Shown here: piece after piece, positions 6,264 through 14,716 of the stretch
Position numbering within the stretch: position 1 is the first letter of the stretch
Layout of the letters: each line of letters opens with the position of its first letter
NCBI GenBank assembly: GCA_022340775.1
Contig: JAJDNH010000088.1
Span: 13,464-77,463, forward strand
Direction: 5' to 3'
Source: Acidobacteriota bacterium
GTDB lineage: Bacteria > Acidobacteriota > Thermoanaerobaculia > Thermoanaerobaculales > Sulfomarinibacteraceae
Length of the DNA stretch: 64,000 bases
Translations under genes and position numbers: made by a program
Notes under the pieces: model-generated
Databases searched by the model: none
What the model was told of the DNA's origin: nothing
Seen by the model: the letters and a program-made list of their open reading frames with translations, nothing else

Positions 6264-7231
6264 TGGCGCCCCCGGCGGCCCCGCTGCCCCTGGTCGAGAG
6301 CCAGGCCGACGCCGCCCACGTCCCGGAGCTGGTGGTCATCAGCGGCAAGGGCGGCACCGGCAAGACCAGCGTCGTCGGCTCGTTCGCGGCGCTGGCTGAC
6401 AACCTGGTCCTGGCCGACTGCGACGTCGACGCCGCCGACCTCCACCTCGTCCTGGCACCCGAGATCCGCGAACGGAACCTCTTCGTCGGCGGCCACGAGG
6501 CCAGGGTCCGCGAGGCCGACTGCACGGCTTGCAGGGTGTGCCGCGAGGTCTGCCGGTTCGACGCCATCGGTTGTGATCCCGACACCGGGATCTGCACGGT
6601 CGACCCGATCGCGTGTGAAGGCTGCGGCGTCTGCGTCGAGCAGTGCCCGGAGCAGGCCATCGACTTCCCGGCCCGCACCTGCGGCGAGTGGTTCGTCTCC
6701 TCGACAGCCTCCGGCCCGATGGTCCACGCCCGGCTGGGAATCGCGGCCGAGAACTCCGGCAAGCTGGTCACCCTGGTGCGCCGCGAGGCCAAGCGCATCG
6801 CCGCCACCAGCGGCCGAGCGGGGATTCTGGTCGACGGCCCGCCCGGGGTCGGCTGTCCGGTCATCGCCGCACTCTCCGGCGCCACCCGGGTGCTCGTCGT
6901 CACCGAGCCCACCGTCTCGGGGGAGCACGACCTCGAGCGCGTTCTCCAGCTCGTCAAGCACTTCGGCATCCCGGCCGCGGTCTGCGTCAACCGCTGGGAC
7001 ATCCACCCCGAAGGAACCGCACGCATCGAGGACCGGGCCCGCGAGCACGGCGTGACCCTGTTCGCGAAGATCCGCTACGACACCGCCGTGACCTCGGCAC
7101 AGGTGCAGGGCAGGCCGGTCGTCGAGCTCGGCGGCCCGGCCGCCGACGACATCCGGGAGCTGTGGGAGCGGGTGGAAGCGTGGTGGGATGGAGGGGAACC
7201 CCCGCCTACCCAACCGGAGGTGAGAAAGTAA
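6263..7231 (+). CDS. MinD/ParA-type P-loop ATPase with 2x[4Fe-4S] ferredoxin domain (second paralog)
   Basis: ISGKGGTGKTSV, CTACRVCREVCRFDAI and CEGCGVCVEQCPEQAI. TGATG overlap with fmdB. The last codons and stop lie inside a repeat cassette. Confidence 0.8.
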   Translation: MAPPAAPLPLVESQADAAHVPELVVISGKGGTGKTSVVGSFAALADNLVLADCDVDAADLHLVLAPEIRERNLFVGGHEARVREADCTACRVCREVCRFDAIGCDPDTGICTVDPIACEGCGVCVEQCPEQAIDFPARTCGEWFVSSTASGPMVHARLGIAAENSGKLVTLVRREAKRIAATSGRAGILVDGPPGVGCPVIAALSGATRVLVVTEPTVSGEHDLERVLQLVKHFGIPAAVCVNRWDIHPEGTARIEDRAREHGVTLFAKIRYDTAVTSAQVQGRPVVELGGPAADDIRELWERVEAWWDGGEPPPTQPEVRK

Positions 7232-7312
7232 GGAAGTGAGAAAGTGAGGAGGTCCCTCCCGCCCACCCGGGGGAATCGTAAGACGCGAGACGTGCCCCCA
7301 CCCGCCCGGGGG
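7215..7312 (-). repeat. G-box/word cassettes, inverted orientation
   Basis: GGAGGTGAGAAAGTAAGGAAGTGAGAAAGTGAGGAGG is the reverse of the CTCACC-type words. It is followed by CCCGCCCACCC and GACGCGAGACG (reverse of GTCTCGC words) and CCCACCCGCCC. Confidence 0.75.
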
Positions 7313-7392
7313 ACTTAGCGACAGCGCGCTCCAAAGACAGGCTGCGCTCGTACGGCCGTGCCAGGTGCAGAGGCTCAGCTACATGAGGCCCC

Positions 7393-7496
7393 GTAGGCGG
7401 GTGCTTCAGCGCCCGCCCCCGAGATCCTCGGACGAGCCCGGTGACACCTGGTCCGGCTGGAGAAGCCTGGGGGCGCGCCCTGAAGGACGCGCCTAC
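7393..7496 (+). repeat. REP-doublet (REPIN-like) element, copy 2
   Basis: Same arms as 308-411; spacer variant GAGATCCTCGGACGAGCCCGGTGACACCTGGTCCGGCTGGAGAAGCCT. Confidence 0.85.
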
Positions 7497-7529
7497 GTCC
7501 GGCTACGGCGGCCGCCACGGGGTCACTCA

Positions 7530-7600
7530 TCCCCGCCCGCTGGGGCAGTCGGGCGTTTCCCGTTTCCCGTTTCCCGTCTTCCTTCCCGGCCGGGCGGGTG
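7530..7600 (+). repeat. G-box/word cassette (CGTTTCC run)
   Basis: CCCGCCCGCTGGGGCAGTCGGGCGTTTCCCGTTTCCCGTTTCCCGTCTTCCTTCCCGGCCGGGCGGGTGA. Confidence 0.7.
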
Positions 7601-7677
7601 ACCCCCTTGAAACAAGTGCTAGACTCAATCTCGGTTCATGACGGAAGCCGAGATGCGGCGGCTTACGGGAGGCTCAG

Positions 7678-9033
7678 ATGCGCAAGGTCCTCGGTATCGC
7701 CCTGCTGACGATGTCCATGTCCTACGTCGCGACGGGCGCGACCCTCAAGCTCGACGCGAAAACCTACGTCCCCGGCACCCCGGTCACGGTGCAGTTCACG
7801 GCGCCGCCCGGCCTGTCCGGCAACGCCTGGATCGGCATCATCCCGTCCAACATCCCGCACGGGGACGAGGCGGTCAACGACGCCAACGACGTCGACTACC
7901 AGTACCTCGGAGGCAAGACCTCCGGATCGATGACCTTCACCGCGCCGAGCAAACTCGGCGCCTGGGACGCGCGCCTCAACGACGGCGGCGGGAAGGAGCT
8001 CGCCTCGGTCTCGTTCACCGTCAAGCCGGTGGATGCCAGCGGCGCGTCGCTGACCCTCGCCGCCACCACGGCCGCGCCGGGCGCCCCGATGACGGTCACC
8101 TTCAAGGCCCCGGCCGGGATGCCCAAGGAAGCCTGGATCGGGGTCGTACCCGCCACCGTTCCTCACGGCGACGGTGCAACCATCGACCAGTACGACGTCG
8201 ACTACACGTACCTGGAGGGAAAGACCTCCGGCAGCTGGAGCTTCACGGCCCCCGGGAAGACCGGAGCCTGGAACGTCCGCATGATCGACGCCGGCAGCAA
8301 CGGCCGCGAGATCGCCTCAGCGGACTTCACGGTGCAGCGGGTGGACGCGAGCGAGGCCTCGCTACGCCTCGATCGCACGACCGTGCCGGTCGGCCAGGAG
8401 TTCGCGGTCCACTTCACCGCCCCGAAGGGGCTGCCCGAGAACGCCTGGGTGGGGATCATCCCGTCCAACGTGCCGCACGGCGACGAGGAGACCAACGACC
8501 AGCACGACGTCGACTACCAGTACCTCAAGGGCCGCACCGACGGTACCCTCACCTTCCGCGCGCCGGCCCAGGCGGGCGCCTACGACCTGCGGATGAACGA
8601 CACCGACTCCAACGGCAAGGAGATTGCCTCGACCAGCTTCACGGTCGGCGGCGAGCTCTCCAGCAAGGAGATGGCCGCCACGCTGGCGAGCTCCGGCAAG
8701 CTCTCGATCTACGGCATCCACTTCGCCACCGACTCCGCCAAGATCGAACCCGACTCGAAGCGGCCTCTGGCCGAGATCGGCCAGCTCCTGATCCGCGACC
8801 CGAACCTGCGCCTGCTCATCGAGGGCCACACCGACTCCACCGGCGAGGCCGCACACAACCAGGAGCTGTCGCAGCGCCGCGCCGAGTCCGTCAAGAGCTA
8901 CCTGGTGGAGACCTTCGGCATCGACGCCGCCCGCCTGGCGACCCGCGGCATGGGCGCCTCACAGCCGGTGGCCACCAACGACACCGACGCCGGCCGCGCC
9001 CTCAACCGCCGCGTGGAGCTCGTGCGACAGTAG
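7678..9033 (+). CDS. OmpA-family protein with three tandem ~105-aa N-terminal repeats
   Basis: Signal peptide present. Three paralogous units each contain AW(I/V)G(I/V)(I/V)P..(I/V)PHGD...DVDY.YL.G(K/R)T.G. The C-terminal OmpA_C domain reads IHFATDSAKIEP...LLIEGHTDSTGEAAHNQELSQRRAESVKSYL...NRRVELV. Confidence 0.85.
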   Translation: MRKVLGIALLTMSMSYVATGATLKLDAKTYVPGTPVTVQFTAPPGLSGNAWIGIIPSNIPHGDEAVNDANDVDYQYLGGKTSGSMTFTAPSKLGAWDARLNDGGGKELASVSFTVKPVDASGASLTLAATTAAPGAPMTVTFKAPAGMPKEAWIGVVPATVPHGDGATIDQYDVDYTYLEGKTSGSWSFTAPGKTGAWNVRMIDAGSNGREIASADFTVQRVDASEASLRLDRTTVPVGQEFAVHFTAPKGLPENAWVGIIPSNVPHGDEETNDQHDVDYQYLKGRTDGTLTFRAPAQAGAYDLRMNDTDSNGKEIASTSFTVGGELSSKEMAATLASSGKLSIYGIHFATDSAKIEPDSKRPLAEIGQLLIRDPNLRLLIEGHTDSTGEAAHNQELSQRRAESVKSYLVETFGIDAARLATRGMGASQPVATNDTDAGRALNRRVELVRQ

Positions 9034-9106
9034 CGCGACCAGCGCGCCAGAGCCGGAGTCGCTCAAGCGGGCGTACTCACAGCACTTTTGATGGGCAAGA
9101 GGTGTC

Positions 9107-9210
9107 GTAGGCGGGTGTTTCGGCGCCCGCCCCCGACATCCTCGGGCGAGCTCGGTGACAGCTGGTCCCGCTGGAGAAGCCTGGGGGCGCACCCTGAAGG
9201 ACGCGCCTAC
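9107..9210 (+). repeat. REP-doublet (REPIN-like) element, copy 3
   Basis: The left-arm loop variant is TTTCGG instead of CTTCAG, with the stem intact. The right-arm stem carries a G to A change. Confidence 0.85.
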
Positions 9211-9395
9211 GCCAACTCTCTTCCGTGCCGGCAGCGGGCCTCCCGCCCGCTGGGCCGGGCGGGTTGTCGCTTCCCGTTTCTTCGGGTGGGCGGGCGGGAA
9301 ATTCTCACCTTCTGACTTCCTCACCTTCTCACCTCCTGCCGACTGGGCGGGCGGGCGCACGTCTCGCGTCTAGCGTCTCGCGTCTAGCGATCCCC
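9211..9395 (+). repeat. Hairpin (9232-9252) plus G-box/word cassette array
   Basis: CAGCGGGCCTCCCGCCCGCTG is followed by G-boxes with CCCGTTTC, TTCTCACCTTCTGACTTCCTCACCTTCTCACCTCC and GTCTCGCGTCTAGCGTCTCGCGTCTAGCG cassettes. Confidence 0.8.
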
Positions 9396-9551
9396 GGCAT
9401 CCACGGCCGCTCTCCACCGTCACCCGTTTGGGTGATGCAGACCAGCCCGCTTCGGCCCGACCTTGTCGAGGTCGTCGCGTTCGACTCACTCCCGGCCGGC
9501 CAACCGGCCGGGGTAACGGCCAACCACCTCTCGTAGGAAGGAGAGTGCACG

Positions 9552-10130
9552 ATGAAACCGACAGCGTCCCAGCCGAGACGGCGCTCCGGGGTACGGACAG
9601 GGGCGGCGGCTCTCGCCGCCATGGCGCTGGTCCTCCTCGCCGGGTGCACCACGGTCGCCATCAATCCCAACGACGGCAGCGCCCCCAACGTGACGATCAA
9701 GGTTCAGGGGCCCAACGGGTATCAGGTGGCGACCAGCACCAACTACGCCAACAGCTCGGCCCAGGAGCCGGTGAACATCATGTGCATCGTCGAGGACCCA
9801 CAGGGTGTCAAGTCGATCAACCTCCACGTCTCGGACGTCACGGTCGACGCCGTGAACTGTGGCGGAGCGATCTACTCCGGCAATTACTCGGTGAACGGTC
9901 TGCCGGCTCCGATATCCGACACCCTGTCAGGAGCCTCCGGCAAGGTGCCTACCAAGCTCTCTGGCATCATGCAGATCTCCGGAATCCTCGAAGCGCAGAA
10001 ACCGCTCGGGGTCACCAAGAAGTGCTACCCCGCCAACAACACGCACATCACGGTCCGGTGCCAGGGCGGCAACTGGGCGTCGAACGCCGCCGTCGCGACG
10101 GCGAGCACGACGCTGCAGGTCAACTTCTAG
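9552..10130 (+). CDS. hypothetical lipoprotein
   Basis: AAGGAG SD. Lipobox LLAGC after a signal peptide. No family recognised. Confidence 0.6.
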   Translation: MKPTASQPRRRSGVRTGAAALAAMALVLLAGCTTVAINPNDGSAPNVTIKVQGPNGYQVATSTNYANSSAQEPVNIMCIVEDPQGVKSINLHVSDVTVDAVNCGGAIYSGNYSVNGLPAPISDTLSGASGKVPTKLSGIMQISGILEAQKPLGVTKKCYPANNTHITVRCQGGNWASNAAVATASTTLQVNF

Positions 10131-10225
10131 GAGCGGTTCGCAACCGTCGGGCGGGTCGAGAGTGCAATGATGACGGAACTTCACGAAGCCCGAAAGGCGC
10201 CGTCCGCTCGATGGGCTCCGGGCTC

Positions 10226-11032
10226 CTAGAAGCTCATCACAATCGTCGTCCCGTAGACCACGGTGTCGGCCAGTCGTCCGTCGGGGTTGATGGAGTTCCC
10301 GTCGCTCACACGGCGGGCGGTGGAGGACAGTGGGAAGAAGTACTGAACCATGGGCTGGATGCTCCACCCCTCGGCCAGCGCGATCGTCAGTCCGGCCTTG
10401 AGCATCCCGTCGTGGAAATCGTGGTAGCGCTCGCCGGTGTAAGCGCCCTCGTTTGGATCGTAGGTCCTCCAGCAGTCATCGGAGCCGGCAAAGTAGCCGG
10501 CCGAGGCCCCGAGATCCAGGGAGACCGACTTCCCAAACGCCAGCGAGTGGCTCAGTGAGAGGTTGATGTAGGTCCCCGGATAGGAGCCCACGTCCCGATA
10601 GACCGTGAGCGTGGGCTTGCCGATGGTGTCGTACGACACGCCCAGCCACACCTCTTGTGTCTCGGTGGCGTACCTCGTCCCGTAGTAGATCCAGCCGGCG
10701 GTCGCCTCGAACCGCCCGACGGTCCGGGTGTAGCTGAGGCTGATGTCGGCCTCGTTGAAGCTCCCGTGTCCCGGACGATCAGGTTCGAAGGAGGGGGTGG
10801 CCTCCTCTTCGACGTCGATGTTTCCCCAGAAGGAAAGCGTGAACCCTCGGGTCGTGACGGCCAGCGAGGGCTGGATGACGCCGTTCTCCGCACCGAGCTC
10901 ATACCCGCGGAAGATGTACCGGTTGAAAAGACCCAGCGTCGCGCTCCCGGTAACGGGAGCCTCCTGCGCGAACAGGGCCGGGGTCGCGGTCGCGAGGACC
11001 AGCAGGACGAAAGCTACGAATCCTCTCTTCAC
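10226..11032 (-). CDS. TorF-family putative outer-membrane porin (beta-barrel)
   Basis: Signal peptide, FNRYIFRGYEL near the N-terminus, alternating beta-strand pattern and a C-terminal F. It lies immediately downstream of amt. Confidence 0.55.
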   Translation of the reverse strand: MKRGFVAFVLLVLATATPALFAQEAPVTGSATLGLFNRYIFRGYELGAENGVIQPSLAVTTRGFTLSFWGNIDVEEEATPSFEPDRPGHGSFNEADISLSYTRTVGRFEATAGWIYYGTRYATETQEVWLGVSYDTIGKPTLTVYRDVGSYPGTYINLSLSHSLAFGKSVSLDLGASAGYFAGSDDCWRTYDPNEGAYTGERYHDFHDGMLKAGLTIALAEGWSIQPMVQYFFPLSSTARRVSDGNSINPDGRLADTVVYGTTIVMSF

Positions 11033-11110
11033 GATGTCCTCCGCATCTGGAAGCCGGGCGAGTCGGGCGCCACCCCGGAGGGCGGCGCCGGCCCGCGTGC
11101 CCGAACGACC

Positions 11111-12325
11111 TCAATCGTGCATGTAGGCTTCCTCGCCGTGCAGGACGGCATCGAGCCCCATCTCCTCCTCCTCGGCGCTCAGCCGCACCGGGGTGATCTT
11201 GTCGATGACCGCCAGGGCCAGGTAGGAAAAGACGAACGCATAGGCGCTGAAACCGAGCACCCCGACGGCCTGCTTGAAGAAGAAGTCCGGGTTGCCGTGG
11301 AACAGGCCGTTGGCCCCGGCAGCGTTGACCGAGGTCGTGGCGAACAGCCCCAGCATCAGGATGCCGAGGGTGCCGCCCACGCCGTGCACGCCCCACACGT
11401 CCAGAGCGTCATCCCAGTGCATCCTGTTCTTGAGGTTGATGGCGCCGTAGCAGACCATGCCGGCGGCGATCCCGATCAGGACCGCCGTGCTCACCGTCAC
11501 ATAGCCCGCCGCCGGGGTAATGGTGGCGAGCCCCGCGATGGAGCCGGTGAGGAGGCCCAGGAACTTGGGCTTCTTCTCGAAGATCCAGGCCATGAACAGC
11601 CACGTGATGGCCGCGAACGAGGCGGCGATGTCCGTGTTGAGGAAGGCCAGGGTGGTGACGTGGTTCACGCTCAGCTCGCTGCCCGCGTTGAACCCATACC
11701 AGCCGAACCACAGCAGGCCCGTGCCGAGAGCGACCAGGGGGATGCTGTGCGGCCCCTTCTCCACCACCCTCCGCTTGCCGACGAAGAACACGCTGGCGAG
11801 GGCCGCCATGCCCGCGATGGCATGGACCACGATGCCGCCCGCGAAGTCGAGCACGCCCCACTTCTGCAGCAGGCCGCCGCCCCAGATCATGTGCACGGCA
11901 GGGAAGTAGACGAAGAGCAGCCACACCGTGAGGAAGATCATGTAGGGGGCGAACTTGACCCTGTTGGTGAAGGCCCCCGTGATGAGGGCAGGAGTGATGA
12001 TCGCGAACATCATCTGGTAGGCGACGAAAACCAGGAGCGGGATGTTGTTGGTTGAGGAGAACATCGCCGCCGGGTTCACCCCGTGCAGGAAGGCCATGTG
12101 GAGGTTCCCGATGATTCCCCCCACGTCGCCGGAGAAGCACATCGAGTAGCCGCAGACGAACCACAGCACCGACGTCCAGCCCATGGAGACGAAGCTCTGG
12201 ATCATGATGGCCAGCACGTTCTTGCGGCCCACCAGGCCGCCGTAGAAGAAGGCCAGCCCTGGTGTCATCAGCATCACCAGGCTGGTGGCCACCAGCATGA
12301 ACGCCGTATTGCCCGTGTCACACAT
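11111..12325 (-). CDS. amt: ammonium transporter (Amt family)
   Basis: Start is trimmed to ATG 12325 after AAAGGAGGA. Motifs TAFMLVATSLVMLMTPGLAFFYGGL, DFAGGIVVHAIAGMAAL and VHGVGGTLGILM. Confidence 0.9.
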   Translation of the reverse strand: MCDTGNTAFMLVATSLVMLMTPGLAFFYGGLVGRKNVLAIMIQSFVSMGWTSVLWFVCGYSMCFSGDVGGIIGNLHMAFLHGVNPAAMFSSTNNIPLLVFVAYQMMFAIITPALITGAFTNRVKFAPYMIFLTVWLLFVYFPAVHMIWGGGLLQKWGVLDFAGGIVVHAIAGMAALASVFFVGKRRVVEKGPHSIPLVALGTGLLWFGWYGFNAGSELSVNHVTTLAFLNTDIAASFAAITWLFMAWIFEKKPKFLGLLTGSIAGLATITPAAGYVTVSTAVLIGIAAGMVCYGAINLKNRMHWDDALDVWGVHGVGGTLGILMLGLFATTSVNAAGANGLFHGNPDFFFKQAVGVLGFSAYAFVFSYLALAVIDKITPVRLSAEEEEMGLDAVLHGEEAYMHD

Positions 12326-12585
12326 CGCCCGTTCCTCCTTTAGTGGGGCATCTCGCAAGAACGCCCCTCAAAGCTCAGCAGAATCGCAACGAGCGGACAA
12401 TCGGGAGAATCGGAAGGCGGCGCTTCGAAATACCTGGTGACGGCTTCGATGCCCCCGGGTGGGACACGGCAGCGGTCGGATGGGGCTAACGCAGCAGGCA
12501 GCGGCAGGATCGAGCTGTGAATCGATAGTCAGGGAGCAACGGCGATCGAGATCACCCGGCAGAGTGCCTACCGGCCGGCCTCGCC

Positions 12586-13233
12586 CTACAGCGTGGTGAT
12601 CCCCTCCCGGATGGCGTACTTGGTGAGCTCGGCGATCGAGTGGATGTCGAGCTTCTCCATGATCTGCTTGCGGTAGGTCTCCACGGTCTTGACGCTCAGG
12701 CTCAGGCGGGCGGCGATCTGCTTGGTGGCCAGCCCCTCAGCCAGCATCTGCAGGACCTCACGCTCCCGGGCGCTGAGACGAGAGAAGACGCTGGTTCCCT
12801 GATGCTCGAGGTGGCGGATGTAGTCCTTGACGACCGCGTCGACGATGGATGAGCTCAGGAACGCCCGGCCGCCCATCACGGTCCTGATCGCGGCCGCCAG
12901 CTCCTCGAACGCCGACTCCTTCAGCAGGTATCCGAGGGCGCCGACCTTCAGCGCCTCCGCGATGAAGCGCCCGTCGGCGTGCATCGAGAGAATGATGACG
13001 CGCACGCTCGGGTTCTTCTCCAGGATCAGGCGGGTGGCCTCGATCCCGTTGAGGCCCGGCATCGAGATGTCGAGGATGGCCACGTCCGGCGCCAGCTCGC
13101 GAGCCAGGGACTCGGCCGACAGACCGTCGGCGGCACGAGCGACCACCTGGTAGCCGGGGATTCTCTCGAGGAGGGTGGCCAGCCCGTCCACGACGATCTT
13201 GTGATCGTCCGCCAGCAGGATCCTCAGGCTCAC
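12586..13233 (-). CDS. NarL/LuxR-family response regulator
   Basis: REC domain (ILLADDHKIV...DVAILDISMPGLNG) plus a LuxR HTH (LSAREREVLQMLAEGLATKQIAARLSLSVKTVETYR). Confidence 0.9.
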   Translation of the reverse strand: MSLRILLADDHKIVVDGLATLLERIPGYQVVARAADGLSAESLARELAPDVAILDISMPGLNGIEATRLILEKNPSVRVIILSMHADGRFIAEALKVGALGYLLKESAFEELAAAIRTVMGGRAFLSSSIVDAVVKDYIRHLEHQGTSVFSRLSAREREVLQMLAEGLATKQIAARLSLSVKTVETYRKQIMEKLDIHSIAELTKYAIREGITTL

Positions 13234-14411
13234 AGGGGCTCCCCCTTGCGCGCGGGAAACGGTACGGAGAGGGTCAGGGCAGCCCCGCCTCCCGGAGCAG
13301 AGTCGATTGTCAACGATCCCCCGAGCCCTTCCATCCGCTCCCGGATGCTGAACAGGCCGAAGCCGTCATGCTCGGTCTCGCGCACCTGGGCGGAGTCGAA
13401 GCCCACGCCGTCGTCCCTCACCTCCACGGTCAGCCGCTCCTCGGAGCTGTCCAGCCGTATCTGGACGAGGTCGGCCCGAGCGTGCTTGACGGCGTTCATC
13501 ATCAGCTCCTGCACCGAGCGGAAGAGGGTGATCCGGAGGTCGTCCGGCACCTCCCTGCCTTGGCCGGAGACGACCACCTCAGAGCGCAGCCCGTGCCTGT
13601 GTCGGAACTCCTTCGCCAGCCACCGCAGCGCCGCCTCAAGCCCGAGCTCGTAGACCACGGGAGGGCTGATCTCGAAAGTCAGGGTGCGGGTGTACTGGAT
13701 CGTCTGGCCAAGCAGCGTGTCGATCTCCTCGAAGTCCCGCTCCATGCCGCTGAACACGGCGTTCCCGCGCAGCCCGGCCAGGCGCCCCTTGGCCACCGCC
13801 AGGGCCTGGCCGATGTGATCGTGCAGGTCGGAGGCGATGGCGCGGCGATGGCGCTCCTCCGTCAGCGCGAGCTCGGAGGCGAGGCGCCGGCGGGCGGCGT
13901 TGGCGCGAGCCAGCTCCGCCGCACGCTCACGCACCTGCCGTTCCAGGTCGTCCTCCGCCGCCCTGCGCTCAAAGTGAGCCTCGAGCATCTGCGCCAGCGA
14001 TTGGATGAGCACCCACTCCTCCTCGAGGAACGGACCCTCATGCGACCGCGGCTTCTCGACCAGGTACGCCACCTCCACGATCCCGTCGCCGCCGTGGCGA
14101 GCCGCGAACACAGCCGTCTGCATCCAGGGCGTTCGCTCAAAGCCCGGTCCGGCAGCCTCCGCGTCGCCGACCGCGATGCGCGCCGCGGCGACCCCGGGGT
14201 ACTGCCAGGCCGCAGGGATCAGCCTTACCGCCTCGTGCAGAAGAAGGCGAACGTCGCGAGGGCCGTTCTGCAGGAGGCGGGCCATGTCCTGAAGGACCCT
14301 CAGCGCCTTGACGCGCCCCCGCAGGGCCCGAACGAGGCGGTCCTTCTCTGCCGTGCCCATGGAATCGAGATCGGACGGCGGCTGGAGCCAAGAAACAGAC
14401 ACGCCACGCAT
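13230..14411 (-). CDS. sensor histidine kinase (GAF-like N-domain, HisKA_3, HATPase_c)
   Basis: H-box DLHDHIGQALA, HATPase segment VEVRDDGVGFD...GFGLFSIRERMEGLGGSL. GTGA overlap with the regulator. The start may instead be ATG 14360. Confidence 0.85.
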   Translation of the reverse strand: MRGVSVSWLQPPSDLDSMGTAEKDRLVRALRGRVKALRVLQDMARLLQNGPRDVRLLLHEAVRLIPAAWQYPGVAAARIAVGDAEAAGPGFERTPWMQTAVFAARHGGDGIVEVAYLVEKPRSHEGPFLEEEWVLIQSLAQMLEAHFERRAAEDDLERQVRERAAELARANAARRRLASELALTEERHRRAIASDLHDHIGQALAVAKGRLAGLRGNAVFSGMERDFEEIDTLLGQTIQYTRTLTFEISPPVVYELGLEAALRWLAKEFRHRHGLRSEVVVSGQGREVPDDLRITLFRSVQELMMNAVKHARADLVQIRLDSSEERLTVEVRDDGVGFDSAQVRETEHDGFGLFSIRERMEGLGGSLTIDSAPGGGAALTLSVPFPARKGEPL

Positions 14412-14474
14412 TGTACGCCTTCCGCATGCCCTCCCGGGCGGGCGGGGCGCCGAGGCTCAGCCACAGGAGGTTCC

Positions 14475-14577
14475 GTAGGCGGGTGCTTCAGCGCCCGCCC
14501 CCACATCATCGGGCGAGCCCGGTAACACCTGGTCCCGCTGGAGAAGCCTGGGGGCGCACCCTGAAGGATGCGCCTAC
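14475..14577 (+). repeat. REP-doublet (REPIN-like) element, copy 4
   Basis: The right-arm stem carries a compensatory pair (GGCGCA...TGCGCC). A 1-nt deletion in the spacer is present relative to copy 2. Confidence 0.85.
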
Positions 14578-14628
14578 ACGACTCCGCTCCGTGGTGGCAG
14601 CGGGCGTCTCGCCCGCTGGGGCGGGCGG

Positions 14629-14716
14629 GTAGGTCTGCAGTGGCAAGGCCGGTCATCCCGGGCGCCCCAGAGTGTCATCCTGATGAGGGAGCGCAGCGAC
14701 CGAAGAAGGATCTGGG
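14629..14716 (+). repeat. ~88-nt intergenic element E3, copy 2
   Basis: Near-identical to 2654-2741. It is preceded by the hairpin at 14598-14618 (CAGCGGGCG-TCT-CGCCCGCTG). Confidence 0.8.

Noticed and set aside
12326-12585. Sigma-54 (GG-N10-GC) promoter or NtrC sites upstream of amt.
   Set aside because: The closest candidate (GAGGGGCGTTCTTGCG on the minus strand) has the wrong spacing, and no TGGCAC-N5-TTGC match was found by eye. This is not exhaustive.
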